DNA of 64,000 bases from a virus. The stretch spans positions 1 through 64,000 of the IMG/VR virus record IMGVR_UViG_3300005842_000485. The stretch is one strand, 5' to 3'. A model generated the notes under the pieces. The model did not search any database, was not told the origin of the DNA, and saw only the letters and a list, made by a program, of their open reading frames with translations. A program made the position numbers and the translations under genes. Shown in pieces: positions 36,503 through 46,349 of the stretch. Positions within the stretch are counted from its first letter, which is position 1. Each line of letters begins with the position of its first letter.

Positions 36503-36556
36503 AGACTACGCCTCTCCTACTGGATGTCCAGAGTGCTTATGCACGACTTATCCACA
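36503..36556 (-). promoter_or_regulatory. Promoter with a perfect DnaA box
   Basis: Minus TGGACA-16-TAGTCT; TTATCCACA at 36548-36556. Confidence 0.55.
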
Positions 36557-36569
36557 AAATAGAGCGTCG

Positions 36570-36773
36570 TTAGTGGACGGTTTCTCGTCGGACGGGAAGC
36601 GCGGCGCGTGGCTTTGCCCCGCAGTTTGAGCACGGCGTATCCAGCCAGCGTTCGTAGGCCGCATCGTCTTCCTGATCGGTCATGTCAGATGTAAACCAGA
36701 GCGGGATGCTGTGACCGCAGGCGGCGCAGTAGGCAGAAGCGCACCCGCCGTGGACGGGGTCAGGTGAAGCCAT
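36570..36773 (-). CDS. Small Zn-ribbon protein
   Basis: CAAC..CSNC. Confidence 0.5.
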   Translation of the reverse strand: MASPDPVHGGCASAYCAACGHSIPLWFTSDMTDQEDDAAYERWLDTPCSNCGAKPRAALPVRRETVH

Positions 36774-36814
36774 AGCGGTATGATAGATGGATCACCGGAA
36801 AGAAGGAGTCACGC

Positions 36815-37342
36815 ATGCCGCGTTCACGGAAGCCGGGAACGACCGCCGCCGAGATACGTCCGGGACAAGCCAGCTATGTGCTGGATCGGCTCATCAAGGA
36901 CAAGCGCATCACGCCGTACGACATCCAGCGCTACGTCGCGGACATGGGGAAGGAGATCGACGAACTCCAACGCCGACTTGATTCCTTGCGCACGGCGCAT
37001 GCTCCCCAAGGGGTGCGTCGCGAACTCCCGCCGCCACCACCACCAACGCCACGCAAGCGCCGGCGTCGTCGTGCTCCGCTGCGCGCTGGGAGCGTCGTGC
37101 CGCCAGCAAGTTTGCCGGAGCGTCCGACACCCCCGGAACCACGAAAAGAGAAACAACCGCCATCGAAGAAGCCAGCTATGGGCGTGAGCGCTGAAACACT
37201 GGCCTCCCGGCAGCTCCAAGGTCGGTATTTGGCGCTCATCCGGCAGATTCCCGCACAGAAGCGCGCGCAGTACGCGAAGACAGCGAAGGAGAAGGGTCGC
37301 GAGGCGGCGATCAAGGAGATGCGTAATGCGCGTCGGAAGTAA
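36815..37342 (+). CDS. Basic coiled-coil protein (nucleoid-associated-like)
   Basis: AAGGAG SD; coiled coil, Pro/Arg linker, helical C-terminal domain. Confidence 0.75.
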   Translation: MPRSRKPGTTAAEIRPGQASYVLDRLIKDKRITPYDIQRYVADMGKEIDELQRRLDSLRTAHAPQGVRRELPPPPPPTPRKRRRRRAPLRAGSVVPPASLPERPTPPEPRKEKQPPSKKPAMGVSAETLASRQLQGRYLALIRQIPAQKRAQYAKTAKEKGREAAIKEMRNARRK

Positions 37343-38372
37343 GGGAGACGGTCGGCGCCGGAACTGGCTCTTCGCGGTGGTGGCGCTTTGCGCCGTTGTT
37401 GTGCCGGCACTGGCGCAGGATGACCCGGTGCTCGCACAGCAGATGCCGCGTCATGATGGAACGTACCAAGCACACGAAGCGGATCACCCGATGTACGGCG
37501 GGACGATTACGTTTCGGAAGCGCGGGGAGCATGCGGTGGGGATGTTTGCGACACCGTATGGATTGATGTGCTACCAAGGAACGCTCTCAAGGGAGACGAA
37601 CCGGGGTATCGGGGAAATCCAGGTCGCGGACGTTATCCGGCTCGAACACGATGCGACGACCAACGCCGCGCGGTTTGTGCCCGTCTACGAGAGCGACCGC
37701 GACCACTTCACGCCGCTGCGCTTCGGAACTCCGGTTGAGCTGTTCCCGAACCCCTATGCGTTGCTCGCGACGCCACCTGCTCTTATCGCGAGAGATACCG
37801 GGTGGCTGAATGAGTGCTCGAAGCATTACGGGGAGCCGGAAGAACCGCCTGCCCCGTGCGGCGACCCGTCCCTCCGTGGCACGGAGCTGAATGAAGGGTC
37901 GATGAAGTACTTCGACTCGGAGCCTGTATGCACGTGGTATCAGACGCATGCATGCACGGTCGAGAATGTATTCGCCGTCCTCCTCGCGACGCCGGCCGCC
38001 ATCGGCCCACTTAGGAAGGATGTCGGGCAGCCGCAGGTCGTCGAGGATTGCGGGATGCTGCTTCTTGAATCGATTGGGGCCGACAACCGGATCAGAACGG
38101 AGATCGACGAACGGCACCACCTCATCCGAAACTACACACTCCCCGGTCACATCTTTTATCCCGGCAGCGTCATCCGGTTCGTCGTCGACATCAACAATCG
38201 CGTGGACATCAATACCGAGGGCCTCGGGACAGAGAACCTGCTGAAGAAAAGCGTGAACGAGGCGTTCGCGCTGTTCATCTGGAAGCGGCCGAACCAAGCG
38301 CTTCGGGACGCGTTCTTTGCGAAGTACGCGCCGCAGGCGAAGCCGAAGAAGAAGCCGACGCATAAAAAATAG
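37326..38372 (+). CDS. Secreted Cys-containing protein, paralog 1
   Basis: Signal peptide; CTVENVF, PAAIGP, NYTLPGHIFYPG. Confidence 0.75.
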   Translation: MRVGSKGDGRRRNWLFAVVALCAVVVPALAQDDPVLAQQMPRHDGTYQAHEADHPMYGGTITFRKRGEHAVGMFATPYGLMCYQGTLSRETNRGIGEIQVADVIRLEHDATTNAARFVPVYESDRDHFTPLRFGTPVELFPNPYALLATPPALIARDTGWLNECSKHYGEPEEPPAPCGDPSLRGTELNEGSMKYFDSEPVCTWYQTHACTVENVFAVLLATPAAIGPLRKDVGQPQVVEDCGMLLLESIGADNRIRTEIDERHHLIRNYTLPGHIFYPGSVIRFVVDINNRVDINTEGLGTENLLKKSVNEAFALFIWKRPNQALRDAFFAKYAPQAKPKKKPTHKK

Positions 38373-38388
38373 CGGATCTGAAGGATGG

Positions 38389-39480
38389 ATGATGGCAACG
38401 AAACCCGTGCTGCGCCTTGTGGCTGCGATGTTCATTGTCATGGTGACGCTTGCCGCTGATGCTGCGACGAAGAAGAAGCCGGCCAAGACGCCGCCAAAGC
38501 CCGAAGCGAAGAAAGACCTGGCGCACACCACGAAAGACGGCGCATACACCGCGAACGGTTGGTATCGACAGTTCTTGTACCGGGGAGTGACGTTTCAGAA
38601 GCACGGAACGAACGTCGTAGGCTTCACGGCCGACAACGCCAATGTCTACTGCTTTACGGGGACGGCGGAGGGAAACATCATCCACGTCGCAGATGCCGTG
38701 TCCTGGGAAGACGAGTACGACACCCATGGCAGCCAAACAGGAAAGTATCACTTCATCCCGCTTCGCGATGATGAGAAGCCAGATCTTCGCGAGTTTCGCA
38801 TGACGGACGTGCTTGAGACGTTCCCGGAATATTACGTCGGCTGGATCAAGCAGAGTCCGGAGATCATCAAGCGCGATGAGCGGTGGCTGAACGGATGTGT
38901 GGGGTACTTCCGGGGCGAGCGTCCTGCGGAGGTGGCAGAAGAACCGCCGCCATGCGATGACGAGCAACTTCGACCGGCCATGAAATCTGCCGGTCAGTGG
39001 CCGACGTATCTCACCCTGTTTCCCCATACGGTGTGTGAGGTGAAGGGCGATCAGAACTGCACGGTTGAAAACGTGTTCCGGCTGCTAGTTGAAAACCCAG
39101 CCGCGATCGGGCCAGCGAAAGACCCCGAGACGCAGACCGTCGAAGACTGCGGTGTCCTCGTGCTCGACTCGTTTAAGAATCTCCTGAGACCGAAGGAGGA
39201 AGAGCGCGCAGAGGACGACAATCTCATCAAGGTGGACATCGACGAGGAGCACCACCGCATCACCAACTACACGCTGCCAGGGCATGTGTTCTGGCCGGGG
39301 CAGGTCATCCGCGAGATCGTGCTCAAAGACGGCAAGGTGGGCGTGAAAACCACGGGATATGGGCACGAGGGCATCATCACGAAGTGGGTGGTGAACTTGA
39401 TGACAGCAAACCCGGCGTGGGCCCGCTGCGACGATGTGCTGATCGAGGCCTACAAGCACACGTATGGCGACAACGAGTAA
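38389..39480 (+). CDS. Secreted Cys-containing protein, paralog 2
   Basis: Signal peptide; CTVENVF, PAAIGP, NYTLPGHVFWPG. Confidence 0.75.
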   Translation: MMATKPVLRLVAAMFIVMVTLAADAATKKKPAKTPPKPEAKKDLAHTTKDGAYTANGWYRQFLYRGVTFQKHGTNVVGFTADNANVYCFTGTAEGNIIHVADAVSWEDEYDTHGSQTGKYHFIPLRDDEKPDLREFRMTDVLETFPEYYVGWIKQSPEIIKRDERWLNGCVGYFRGERPAEVAEEPPPCDDEQLRPAMKSAGQWPTYLTLFPHTVCEVKGDQNCTVENVFRLLVENPAAIGPAKDPETQTVEDCGVLVLDSFKNLLRPKEEERAEDDNLIKVDIDEEHHRITNYTLPGHVFWPGQVIREIVLKDGKVGVKTTGYGHEGIITKWVVNLMTANPAWARCDDVLIEAYKHTYGDNE

Positions 39481-39521
39481 CGACGACCAACTCGACTACA
39501 CGCGTGTCTTGATACGACAGA

Positions 39522-40628
39522 CTACGGGTCGAAGAACTCAAGCGCCGTGCCCTCGGCGTTCACACGGATTTGTTGCAGCGGTGAGCCGAGACCACTGAGG
39601 CCAGTACCCCCGAAGTAAACGCTCAAGGGGGATGCGAAGACGAGCGCGGAAGCATCGACGGCCGGCAGCTGCGGGTTGAGTCCGTAGATTTGCCCACCGA
39701 GCGTCCCCCCGCCGTCCATGGTCATATTGGTGGACGACTCCGTGAAGACGATGGAGTTCCCTGCGGAGCCAGCGGCGACTGCTTGCACGGCGACATTGCC
39801 ATCAGCCTGATCGAAGGCGGCAACGGTCACCAGATCGGCGTTGATCGCAGCGGCAATGTTCCCTCCGGCCTCCGCAGCGCTGGAGCCGATGGTGACTTCG
39901 CCGGTTCCTGTACGCGTGGCCTTCCACGTGAACGTCTGCGTGTCTACTACGAATGTCTCATCCGCTTCCGCCAATCCAGACATCGTGATGAGTCCCATCG
40001 CCTGCGCGGACGGCGAAAGCTGGACAATCTGATCGCCAGCAGTCCCAACATCAAGAAGCGCAGCCGTTCCGAGTCCTGTGATCTGCGCGGCGTTGATGGC
40101 AGTTACATTTGCCGCATCCACGTCAGGAAGCGCAGGGTCACGACCACCGTACAGGGTGCCTGATCCGCCCATCGAAGCGTTGGTGACCGACTCGGTGAAG
40201 ACGATGCTGTTACCTGCGGCACCGGCTGTGACAGCCGTGATATTGACTACTTGGCCGATGTCGTTCACGACGGCAACGACGCTTGCAAGATCAGTGTTGA
40301 TGGCATCAGCGATATTCGCCCTCGTCTCTGCGGCATCAGGCCCAATGGTGACCTCTCCTACCCCTGACCGAAGTTCCTTGAAGATGAAGGTTTGCGTATC
40401 GACAACAAACGTCTCATCGACAAGCGGAAGGCCATTGACACCGAAGGCACCTGCCGCCGCGATTGCCTCGGTGAGCTGTACGAGATCTCCAGAGCCATTG
40501 AAGGTATTGCCTTGAACCGTGACGTTTGCGGAGAGCCGAGCATCGCCCAGTGTCCCGGATGTCAGGTCAGAGGCGTCGGTCGAGCCACCACCTCCGCTCG
40601 ATGGGGCCTGGGAGAGATTGATAGCCAT
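39522..40628 (-). CDS. Virion fibre/decoration protein with internal duplication
   Basis: Two ~110-aa repeats (DETFVVDTQTF..GEVTIG..AGNSIVFTES). Confidence 0.8.
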   Translation of the reverse strand: MAINLSQAPSSGGGGSTDASDLTSGTLGDARLSANVTVQGNTFNGSGDLVQLTEAIAAAGAFGVNGLPLVDETFVVDTQTFIFKELRSGVGEVTIGPDAAETRANIADAINTDLASVVAVVNDIGQVVNITAVTAGAAGNSIVFTESVTNASMGGSGTLYGGRDPALPDVDAANVTAINAAQITGLGTAALLDVGTAGDQIVQLSPSAQAMGLITMSGLAEADETFVVDTQTFTWKATRTGTGEVTIGSSAAEAGGNIAAAINADLVTVAAFDQADGNVAVQAVAAGSAGNSIVFTESSTNMTMDGGGTLGGQIYGLNPQLPAVDASALVFASPLSVYFGGTGLSGLGSPLQQIRVNAEGTALEFFDP

Positions 40629-40698
40629 GGCAGGGCAGGTGGGGAATCAGATGAAGCGTAGGGGCGGGCTATGGAAGCGGTCAACGCGTGCAGTTGTG

Positions 40699-42825
40699 CT
40701 ATTGCGTTTCAACGGCATCGACGCGCACTGTCCAGTTAATCGTCTTTCCCGTAGAGCCAGTGACTTCTACCTTGAGGGCATCGTTCGTATCGTTCGCCGT
40801 GACGGTGACATCCCAGTTAAGCGAGTCGCCGCCGTCATCTGCGATACTGGTTTTCAGGACGGTTCCGATGAGCGAGGTTGTCCCACCGACATTCTTTAAC
40901 CCACCCTCAATGCGCCAGACGCGCCCGATGTTATCGGTTGTGGAATAAGCAACGACATTCATACGGAATCCAATGGCCTTCCCGGATGCAAGCGTAAGTC
41001 TATTGGAGGCGACATTCCCCAAGAACACTTCAGTAACCGTCGCATTCGTTGTCTGCTTCGAGTAGGGGTAATCCGAGTACCTAGCATTTGTTAGTCCGCT
41101 TGAGGCGGATGCCGCCTCTTCGAAGGCGCGAGCTACGGTGAGGTTGAACCCTTTTGCAATGCCACCGACTGCGGAAACGACCGCGCTCCGGCCGATGGCG
41201 ATGCCTTGTGCCGCGGTAACGCTGGTTGATCCCCCAAGTGCCGTTGCATCATTCGCGCTCACCGCAGCAGCAGAGCCAATCGCCGTGCTGTCTGTTCCGC
41301 TTGAGACATTCGCACCGGCACCAAACGCTGAACCACCAGTGCCAGCGACAGTAGCTAGTGCTCCAACAGCGGTAGACGAGTCAGCGGATGTGCTTGTTCG
41401 ATCCCCGATGGCGACTGCTTGGACGTAGGCAACGCTACTCTTACGCCCGAGAGTTGTCCCAATGTCGCTAGTCCCTTCCCCTGCGCCGAGCGAATAGCCA
41501 ACCCAGTTCGTGCCGTCGAATATATACGTCTTCTTTCCTCCGCGCCCTATGAAGTCGATTGTCGTTCCACCACTTTGAATGGTGAGGTCACGCACCGCGT
41601 TCGTTGCCGAGGAATTGCGGATTGTGAACTTACTGCCCGTAGCAGGCGGCCCAGTCGTCACCATGTTTACGGTGCGCGATGCACCGCTTGGGAGGAGGAC
41701 TTGGTAGGTCGAGTCCGTGCCAACAGTAAGGGTGCGCGTCCCAGTGATCGTCTCGATGTTCACTGTCTCCGTTCCCCCTGCGGCAGCAGCCCACTTCACG
41801 CCGTTGGTTGAGGCTGCGTCGGCGGTGAGGACTTGGCCATCCGAGCCCACGCCGAGCTTATTGAGCGATGCGCCTCCAGGGGAGGTTAAGAGATCGCCCT
41901 TCGTGTAGGTCGTTTGGCCCGTTCCGCCATTTGCCGCAGCGACGGTGCCGGTGACGTTCGATGCTGTGCCGGTGGTGTCGGCCGCGTTGTTCGGGATGTC
42001 CGCAGAGACGAGCGCGCGGAAGGTCGGCGCCGCAGCGCCACCCGAGGTTGGGCCAGCAAAGACGCCGTTGGCGCTCTGGTTCGCTTTGGAGACAGCGAGC
42101 GTGCCGGACGTGGTGACGGGAGAACCGCTGACGCTGAACTCCGATGGAACGGTGAGGGCAACGGAGGTGACGGTGCCAACTCCTCCTCCTCCCCCACTGA
42201 AATTGGCCGCGAATAGGTTGCCGTCTTTGTCGAATCCACCAGCACCACCCGCGACAGAGAGCAAATCAGCGGTGCTCGCGCCGTTCGCATCAATCTGAAC
42301 TGTTGGTGCAGCGTTCGACGCATCCGAAGACTTAAACCAAGCGGAGTTTCCCCCGGCGCTTTGGGCCCCCACGCCGTTACCGGTCGTCGATGCGGTGAAG
42401 AAGCCGCCATAGCCGTCCTTGCCGGAGCCACGGATGCCGACACCACCAGTCCCGCCGAACGGCGAGATGTTCGCCGAGCCTTCGATGGCTGCTGTGCCCC
42501 CAGAGCCGGCCGTGGCAGCGGAGATTCTCGTTCCAGTATCGACGACGCCGATGTTGAGAAGGACTTGGGACGTGGAGTCTTTGACTTGCGCAATCGGGTT
42601 TGTTTGGCCGGCTTGCCCCTTGAGTGTGATCGCTGCGAAGTCCCCCGTGGGCGTAACGGTGTTCCGCGCCGCACTTGCCGGCGCAAGAATGACGGCTGAG
42701 GACACGTCAACCGGTGCGTCATCCCACGCTGCGGAGGTGCCGTCGATGGCGACAGGGACTTGGCCTGCGGTAGGGGTTCCGGTGATCTCCACGCCATTTA
42801 CGCGGCGAACGTTGGACTTCGGCAT
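40699..42825 (-). CDS. Tail fibre / receptor-binding protein
   Basis: GTVTSV motif, GGTG repeats, YadA-head-like A(I/V)G repeats. Confidence 0.85.
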   Translation of the reverse strand: MPKSNVRRVNGVEITGTPTAGQVPVAIDGTSAAWDDAPVDVSSAVILAPASAARNTVTPTGDFAAITLKGQAGQTNPIAQVKDSTSQVLLNIGVVDTGTRISAATAGSGGTAAIEGSANISPFGGTGGVGIRGSGKDGYGGFFTASTTGNGVGAQSAGGNSAWFKSSDASNAAPTVQIDANGASTADLLSVAGGAGGFDKDGNLFAANFSGGGGGVGTVTSVALTVPSEFSVSGSPVTTSGTLAVSKANQSANGVFAGPTSGGAAAPTFRALVSADIPNNAADTTGTASNVTGTVAAANGGTGQTTYTKGDLLTSPGGASLNKLGVGSDGQVLTADAASTNGVKWAAAAGGTETVNIETITGTRTLTVGTDSTYQVLLPSGASRTVNMVTTGPPATGSKFTIRNSSATNAVRDLTIQSGGTTIDFIGRGGKKTYIFDGTNWVGYSLGAGEGTSDIGTTLGRKSSVAYVQAVAIGDRTSTSADSSTAVGALATVAGTGGSAFGAGANVSSGTDSTAIGSAAAVSANDATALGGSTSVTAAQGIAIGRSAVVSAVGGIAKGFNLTVARAFEEAASASSGLTNARYSDYPYSKQTTNATVTEVFLGNVASNRLTLASGKAIGFRMNVVAYSTTDNIGRVWRIEGGLKNVGGTTSLIGTVLKTSIADDGGDSLNWDVTVTANDTNDALKVEVTGSTGKTINWTVRVDAVETQ

Positions 42826-44001
42826 TTACTCGATGGGGACAGTGGGGAGCGCGCCATCGGTGACGACACGCATGTAATCGGCGATCTGCTCCAGCGTCAT
42901 CCCAAGCCGGAAGCTCCGTCGAACTGGGCCGATGCCGAGCGTGAGATGGACGCCATCGGGCTTGTACTCGACGCGGGTGATCGAGAACGTGGTGCCGGAG
43001 AGTGAAGGGATGTTCCGCAGTTCGCAGGTGTCGCCAGGCTGGATCGTCTCGATGTCGTAGCCACGGGCGTCCGTGCTCGCATCGAGGATGTCCACCTCAT
43101 AGGTCTGGATCGGGGTGTTGTGCTCTTGGATGTAGCGCTCGGCGATGGAGACAGCGGTGGCCGAGTCGTCGATATGCGAGTCCGTGACAATCTGCGTCCG
43201 GCGTCCGTACGTCGATTGCGAGGTGGTCGTGGACAACGGCCGCTCCAACGCGATCACCAAACCATCGGCGTCACTCTTGTTCCAGAAGTAGACCGTGTTC
43301 TTGAGATCCACGATGCTCTCGGTTTCGTGGAGCGAGACGAGATCGCGGCCGAGCGTGAAGAGATGTTTCGTGCCGGAGTCAAAGTTGCGGTACGAGAAGA
43401 CCCCCGCCGCATCGACGTACCAATACCAGTCGCCGGGGCCGAGACCTTTGATGCGTCGGATAGCATCCAAGTACGTCTCGGAGCCTACCTGGATGGAGAT
43501 GGTCTTGCCGGTGGTGAGGACGGACGATGCGGTGTAGTGGACGTTCCCGAACGCGCCCGCCGAGAGCTTTGCACGGTCGAGGATGTATTTGAGGATCGTG
43601 GCGATCTCGGTCGAGCTCCACGTCTTCGCAATGTCGGCACCGAAGGCGTTGCTATCGCGGAAATAGTCATCGGAAAGCTGCTTCACGTATGGCGAGACAG
43701 TGACTATCACCTGGTCGCCTGCAGCCGTGATGGAGCGGTCGATGGTCTCGATGACGCCGGCGTGAATGAGCACTGTCCCGGTGTCGCGGACGCAGTACGT
43801 CTCGACGGTGTTGCCGTTCGCGAGATCGCTCCCTGCGTAGTCGAAGGGGACGTTGAGCGAGATCGAGAGCGGACCAAGGCCGGAGTCCACCTCCTTGGAG
43901 AAGGCCGGGTCGCTCGCCACCGAGACGAGCGCACCCGAATCTCCTCCCCATGTGCCGAGGAGCGTCCCGCCCGACCGGACACGGTAGAGATAGCGCTTCA
44001 C
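42826..44001 (-). CDS. Baseplate hub (Tal-like) protein
   Basis: Follows Dit; YGRR, I.PGDT motifs. Confidence 0.75.
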   Translation of the reverse strand: MKRYLYRVRSGGTLLGTWGGDSGALVSVASDPAFSKEVDSGLGPLSISLNVPFDYAGSDLANGNTVETYCVRDTGTVLIHAGVIETIDRSITAAGDQVIVTVSPYVKQLSDDYFRDSNAFGADIAKTWSSTEIATILKYILDRAKLSAGAFGNVHYTASSVLTTGKTISIQVGSETYLDAIRRIKGLGPGDWYWYVDAAGVFSYRNFDSGTKHLFTLGRDLVSLHETESIVDLKNTVYFWNKSDADGLVIALERPLSTTTSQSTYGRRTQIVTDSHIDDSATAVSIAERYIQEHNTPIQTYEVDILDASTDARGYDIETIQPGDTCELRNIPSLSGTTFSITRVEYKPDGVHLTLGIGPVRRSFRLGMTLEQIADYMRVVTDGALPTVPIE

Positions 44002-46340
44002 AGGAATGTCGCGCGATGAGAGACGACCACGGAGGATGGCGAGACGCCTGCGCCAACCGGGTCGTTCCCCTCAAGAATGGCGAAGCCGTACTTGCTCGCG
44101 GTGGAAGCCCACGCGCCTCCAGCCGGGGCGGTGCAGAGTGAGAGCAACCCCGTGCTCGAGGTGGTGTCCACGGGGATGTACCAGGACTGCGGCAAGGTGC
44201 CTGTCGAAGTGGAGAAGACGAGCGCGTAAGTCGTCGAGGCGCTCACGGGGATGTCGGCCGCCCACACGACTTCGATTGGGATGAGGGAGGCGTTGTACGC
44301 AGCGGGGCTCGTGACGACGTACGAGGTGTTGTCGTACTTGCTGATCGTGACCTGCGCGGCGTTGCCGTTCACGTCGTTCACGGCCGTTCCGGTCGGGAGG
44401 CCGGCGCTCGTCGTCTCCAAGCGGATCACGATGTCGCCGTGGTCAGCGGTGCTCGATTGCTGTCCGATGTAGACCCACGTACCGCGCTGCCGGATGTGGG
44501 TGTTCGTGCCGGATGAGAACGTGAGCGCGCGACGAACGCCGTTGGCCCCCCCGGTTCCTCCCCCGAAGTTGAGGTAGTCACCGAACCGCGAGGAGATGTC
44601 GTAGAAGCTCGCGGCGCCGAGCTGCGACGACGGGAAGGCAACTGAGAGTTGATTGAAGCCGGGCAGGAGCTTCGGGAAGCTGCCGGAGATTTGCACCGTG
44701 TTGCTGATGCTGTCCGCGAGCAGCGTCCGCGTGTTCAGGTACACCTGATCCGTGGTGATGTTCGAGTTTCGATAGGTCAGCGTGTTCGTCTGCCCCGTCG
44801 CATAGTCGGTGACTTCGAGGTAGGCGCAGCGGATCGCGGTGTTGTTGGCGTAGATGCCCCACGCGCCCGCCCCCGTCGTCTTGACGTTGCCGGAGAAGAA
44901 CCGCACCCAATCGTCGGAGTAGTCGAACTTGTACCAAAGCTCGGCTGTCTGTCCTTTGCACACGAGCTTCACCCACCACCAGCGATCGAAGTACGCGCCT
45001 GTACGACCGGCCGCTTGCAACTGGCCGTCGAAGATGCCGGGGAACGCGCCAAACTCACCGGAGATGACGCCAGACTGCCGGAGCGTCGGCGCTTCGGATG
45101 GCGCGCGGGCGAAGACGCCGAGGGTTGAGCTGGTCGGCCGGTAGAGGAAGGCGATGATCTCCCCGTCTTGGACTTGCAGGTTCCGGATGGCCGCCGTAAC
45201 GGTGCCGGTTGCGGTCGATTCGCGGAGCGTCTTGAGGTACGCCTGGTGCGCCCCGATGGTCCATGTGCCGGTCAGGGTGTAGACGGCTGCCGCGGCGGTG
45301 GCATTTGCGTAGGAGCCGAAGGTGTCGAGGAAGTGATCGGCGACGACCACGCGCGATGGGAGGATCGAGCCGATGCCGACGTTCACGCTCACGGGCTGAC
45401 TGCCTGACCCGTCGAACGCGAGCGGGACGAACCGCTGTGCGTTCGCGTCGGTCGGCGTCGTGCGGGTGACCGTGATCGCGGACTGTGCGCTCCCCTCCGA
45501 GCAGGAGAACGTGACCGAGAACGGCACCCACGTCACGTTGTAGTGCTCGCGCGGGTAACTGATGTCAGAGGCGAGCGCGACGTCGTACATGCGGCTATCG
45601 GTAGTGGTCGAGAGGCGAAGATCATCGAAGGACACGTTGACCGTGACCGCGGCCAGAGACAGCGCGGTAAGCCGGACGCGGCTGATCGACGCCCACGTTG
45701 GCGATCCGGTGGTGGTGAAGGCGCTCCGGAGGATGGAGAACTCGTTCCAGCCGTTCGCGAAGCCGGAGGAGATGGTCTTCACGTAGTAGTCCGTGCCTAC
45801 GGTGGTCTCGAAGCGGAGCGAGACCGTGTCGAGCTTCGTCGCGTCGTCGATGTACGCCCACAGCTTCACCGTGTCCGTATCCGCGAACGCGGAGAGGTCG
45901 TAGCTCATGTCGGAGGTTGCGACAGTCGCGACCGCGTTCGTGGAGGTAAGCTTCATCGCGCGACGACCGATCTTGTAGTTCGTGAAGTCCCACGAGCTTG
46001 CGCCCGTCCACACCTCGCCTTCCTCGAACGTCGAGACGTGACACTCGGTCGTGCCGTAGTTCGTGATCTTGAGCTTCCCAGGCCGCGTGAGAAGCGCCTT
46101 CAACGTGTCGAGTTTGTCCTCGAAGTCCGCTTGGCTGGATGCGACGATCGCTCCCTGGATCGTGATGGACTTCGCGCGCGTCTGAAGCTCGCGGAAGACT
46201 CGCCCCGAGCCGCGGGCAACGTCGGTCTCGGTGAGTTGGACGGACGGCGAGCTGTCATGCCGCACGATCTCGATGAGGGTTCCCGTCGAGCCGTTGAAGT
46301 CGTCGAGCTGCGTCCCGTTGTAGTAGTAGTGCTGGCTCAT
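43998..46340 (-). CDS. Distal tail protein with inserted carbohydrate-binding-like domains
   Basis: Follows the tape measure gene; K.ITIQG N-domain, FP.L.PGFN; Trp/Thr-rich beta domains. Confidence 0.75.
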   Translation of the reverse strand: MSQHYYYNGTQLDDFNGSTGTLIEIVRHDSSPSVQLTETDVARGSGRVFRELQTRAKSITIQGAIVASSQADFEDKLDTLKALLTRPGKLKITNYGTTECHVSTFEEGEVWTGASSWDFTNYKIGRRAMKLTSTNAVATVATSDMSYDLSAFADTDTVKLWAYIDDATKLDTVSLRFETTVGTDYYVKTISSGFANGWNEFSILRSAFTTTGSPTWASISRVRLTALSLAAVTVNVSFDDLRLSTTTDSRMYDVALASDISYPREHYNVTWVPFSVTFSCSEGSAQSAITVTRTTPTDANAQRFVPLAFDGSGSQPVSVNVGIGSILPSRVVVADHFLDTFGSYANATAAAAVYTLTGTWTIGAHQAYLKTLRESTATGTVTAAIRNLQVQDGEIIAFLYRPTSSTLGVFARAPSEAPTLRQSGVISGEFGAFPGIFDGQLQAAGRTGAYFDRWWWVKLVCKGQTAELWYKFDYSDDWVRFFSGNVKTTGAGAWGIYANNTAIRCAYLEVTDYATGQTNTLTYRNSNITTDQVYLNTRTLLADSISNTVQISGSFPKLLPGFNQLSVAFPSSQLGAASFYDISSRFGDYLNFGGGTGGANGVRRALTFSSGTNTHIRQRGTWVYIGQQSSTADHGDIVIRLETTSAGLPTGTAVNDVNGNAAQVTISKYDNTSYVVTSPAAYNASLIPIEVVWAADIPVSASTTYALVFSTSTGTLPQSWYIPVDTTSSTGLLSLCTAPAGGAWASTASKYGFAILEGNDPVGAGVSPSSVVVSHRATFL

Positions 46341-46349
46341 AGGAAGGCG

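Noticed and set aside
39522-39590. DGR template/variable repeat pair with 53840-53900
   Set aside because: Differences are mostly synonymous rather than adenine-specific, and there is no RT
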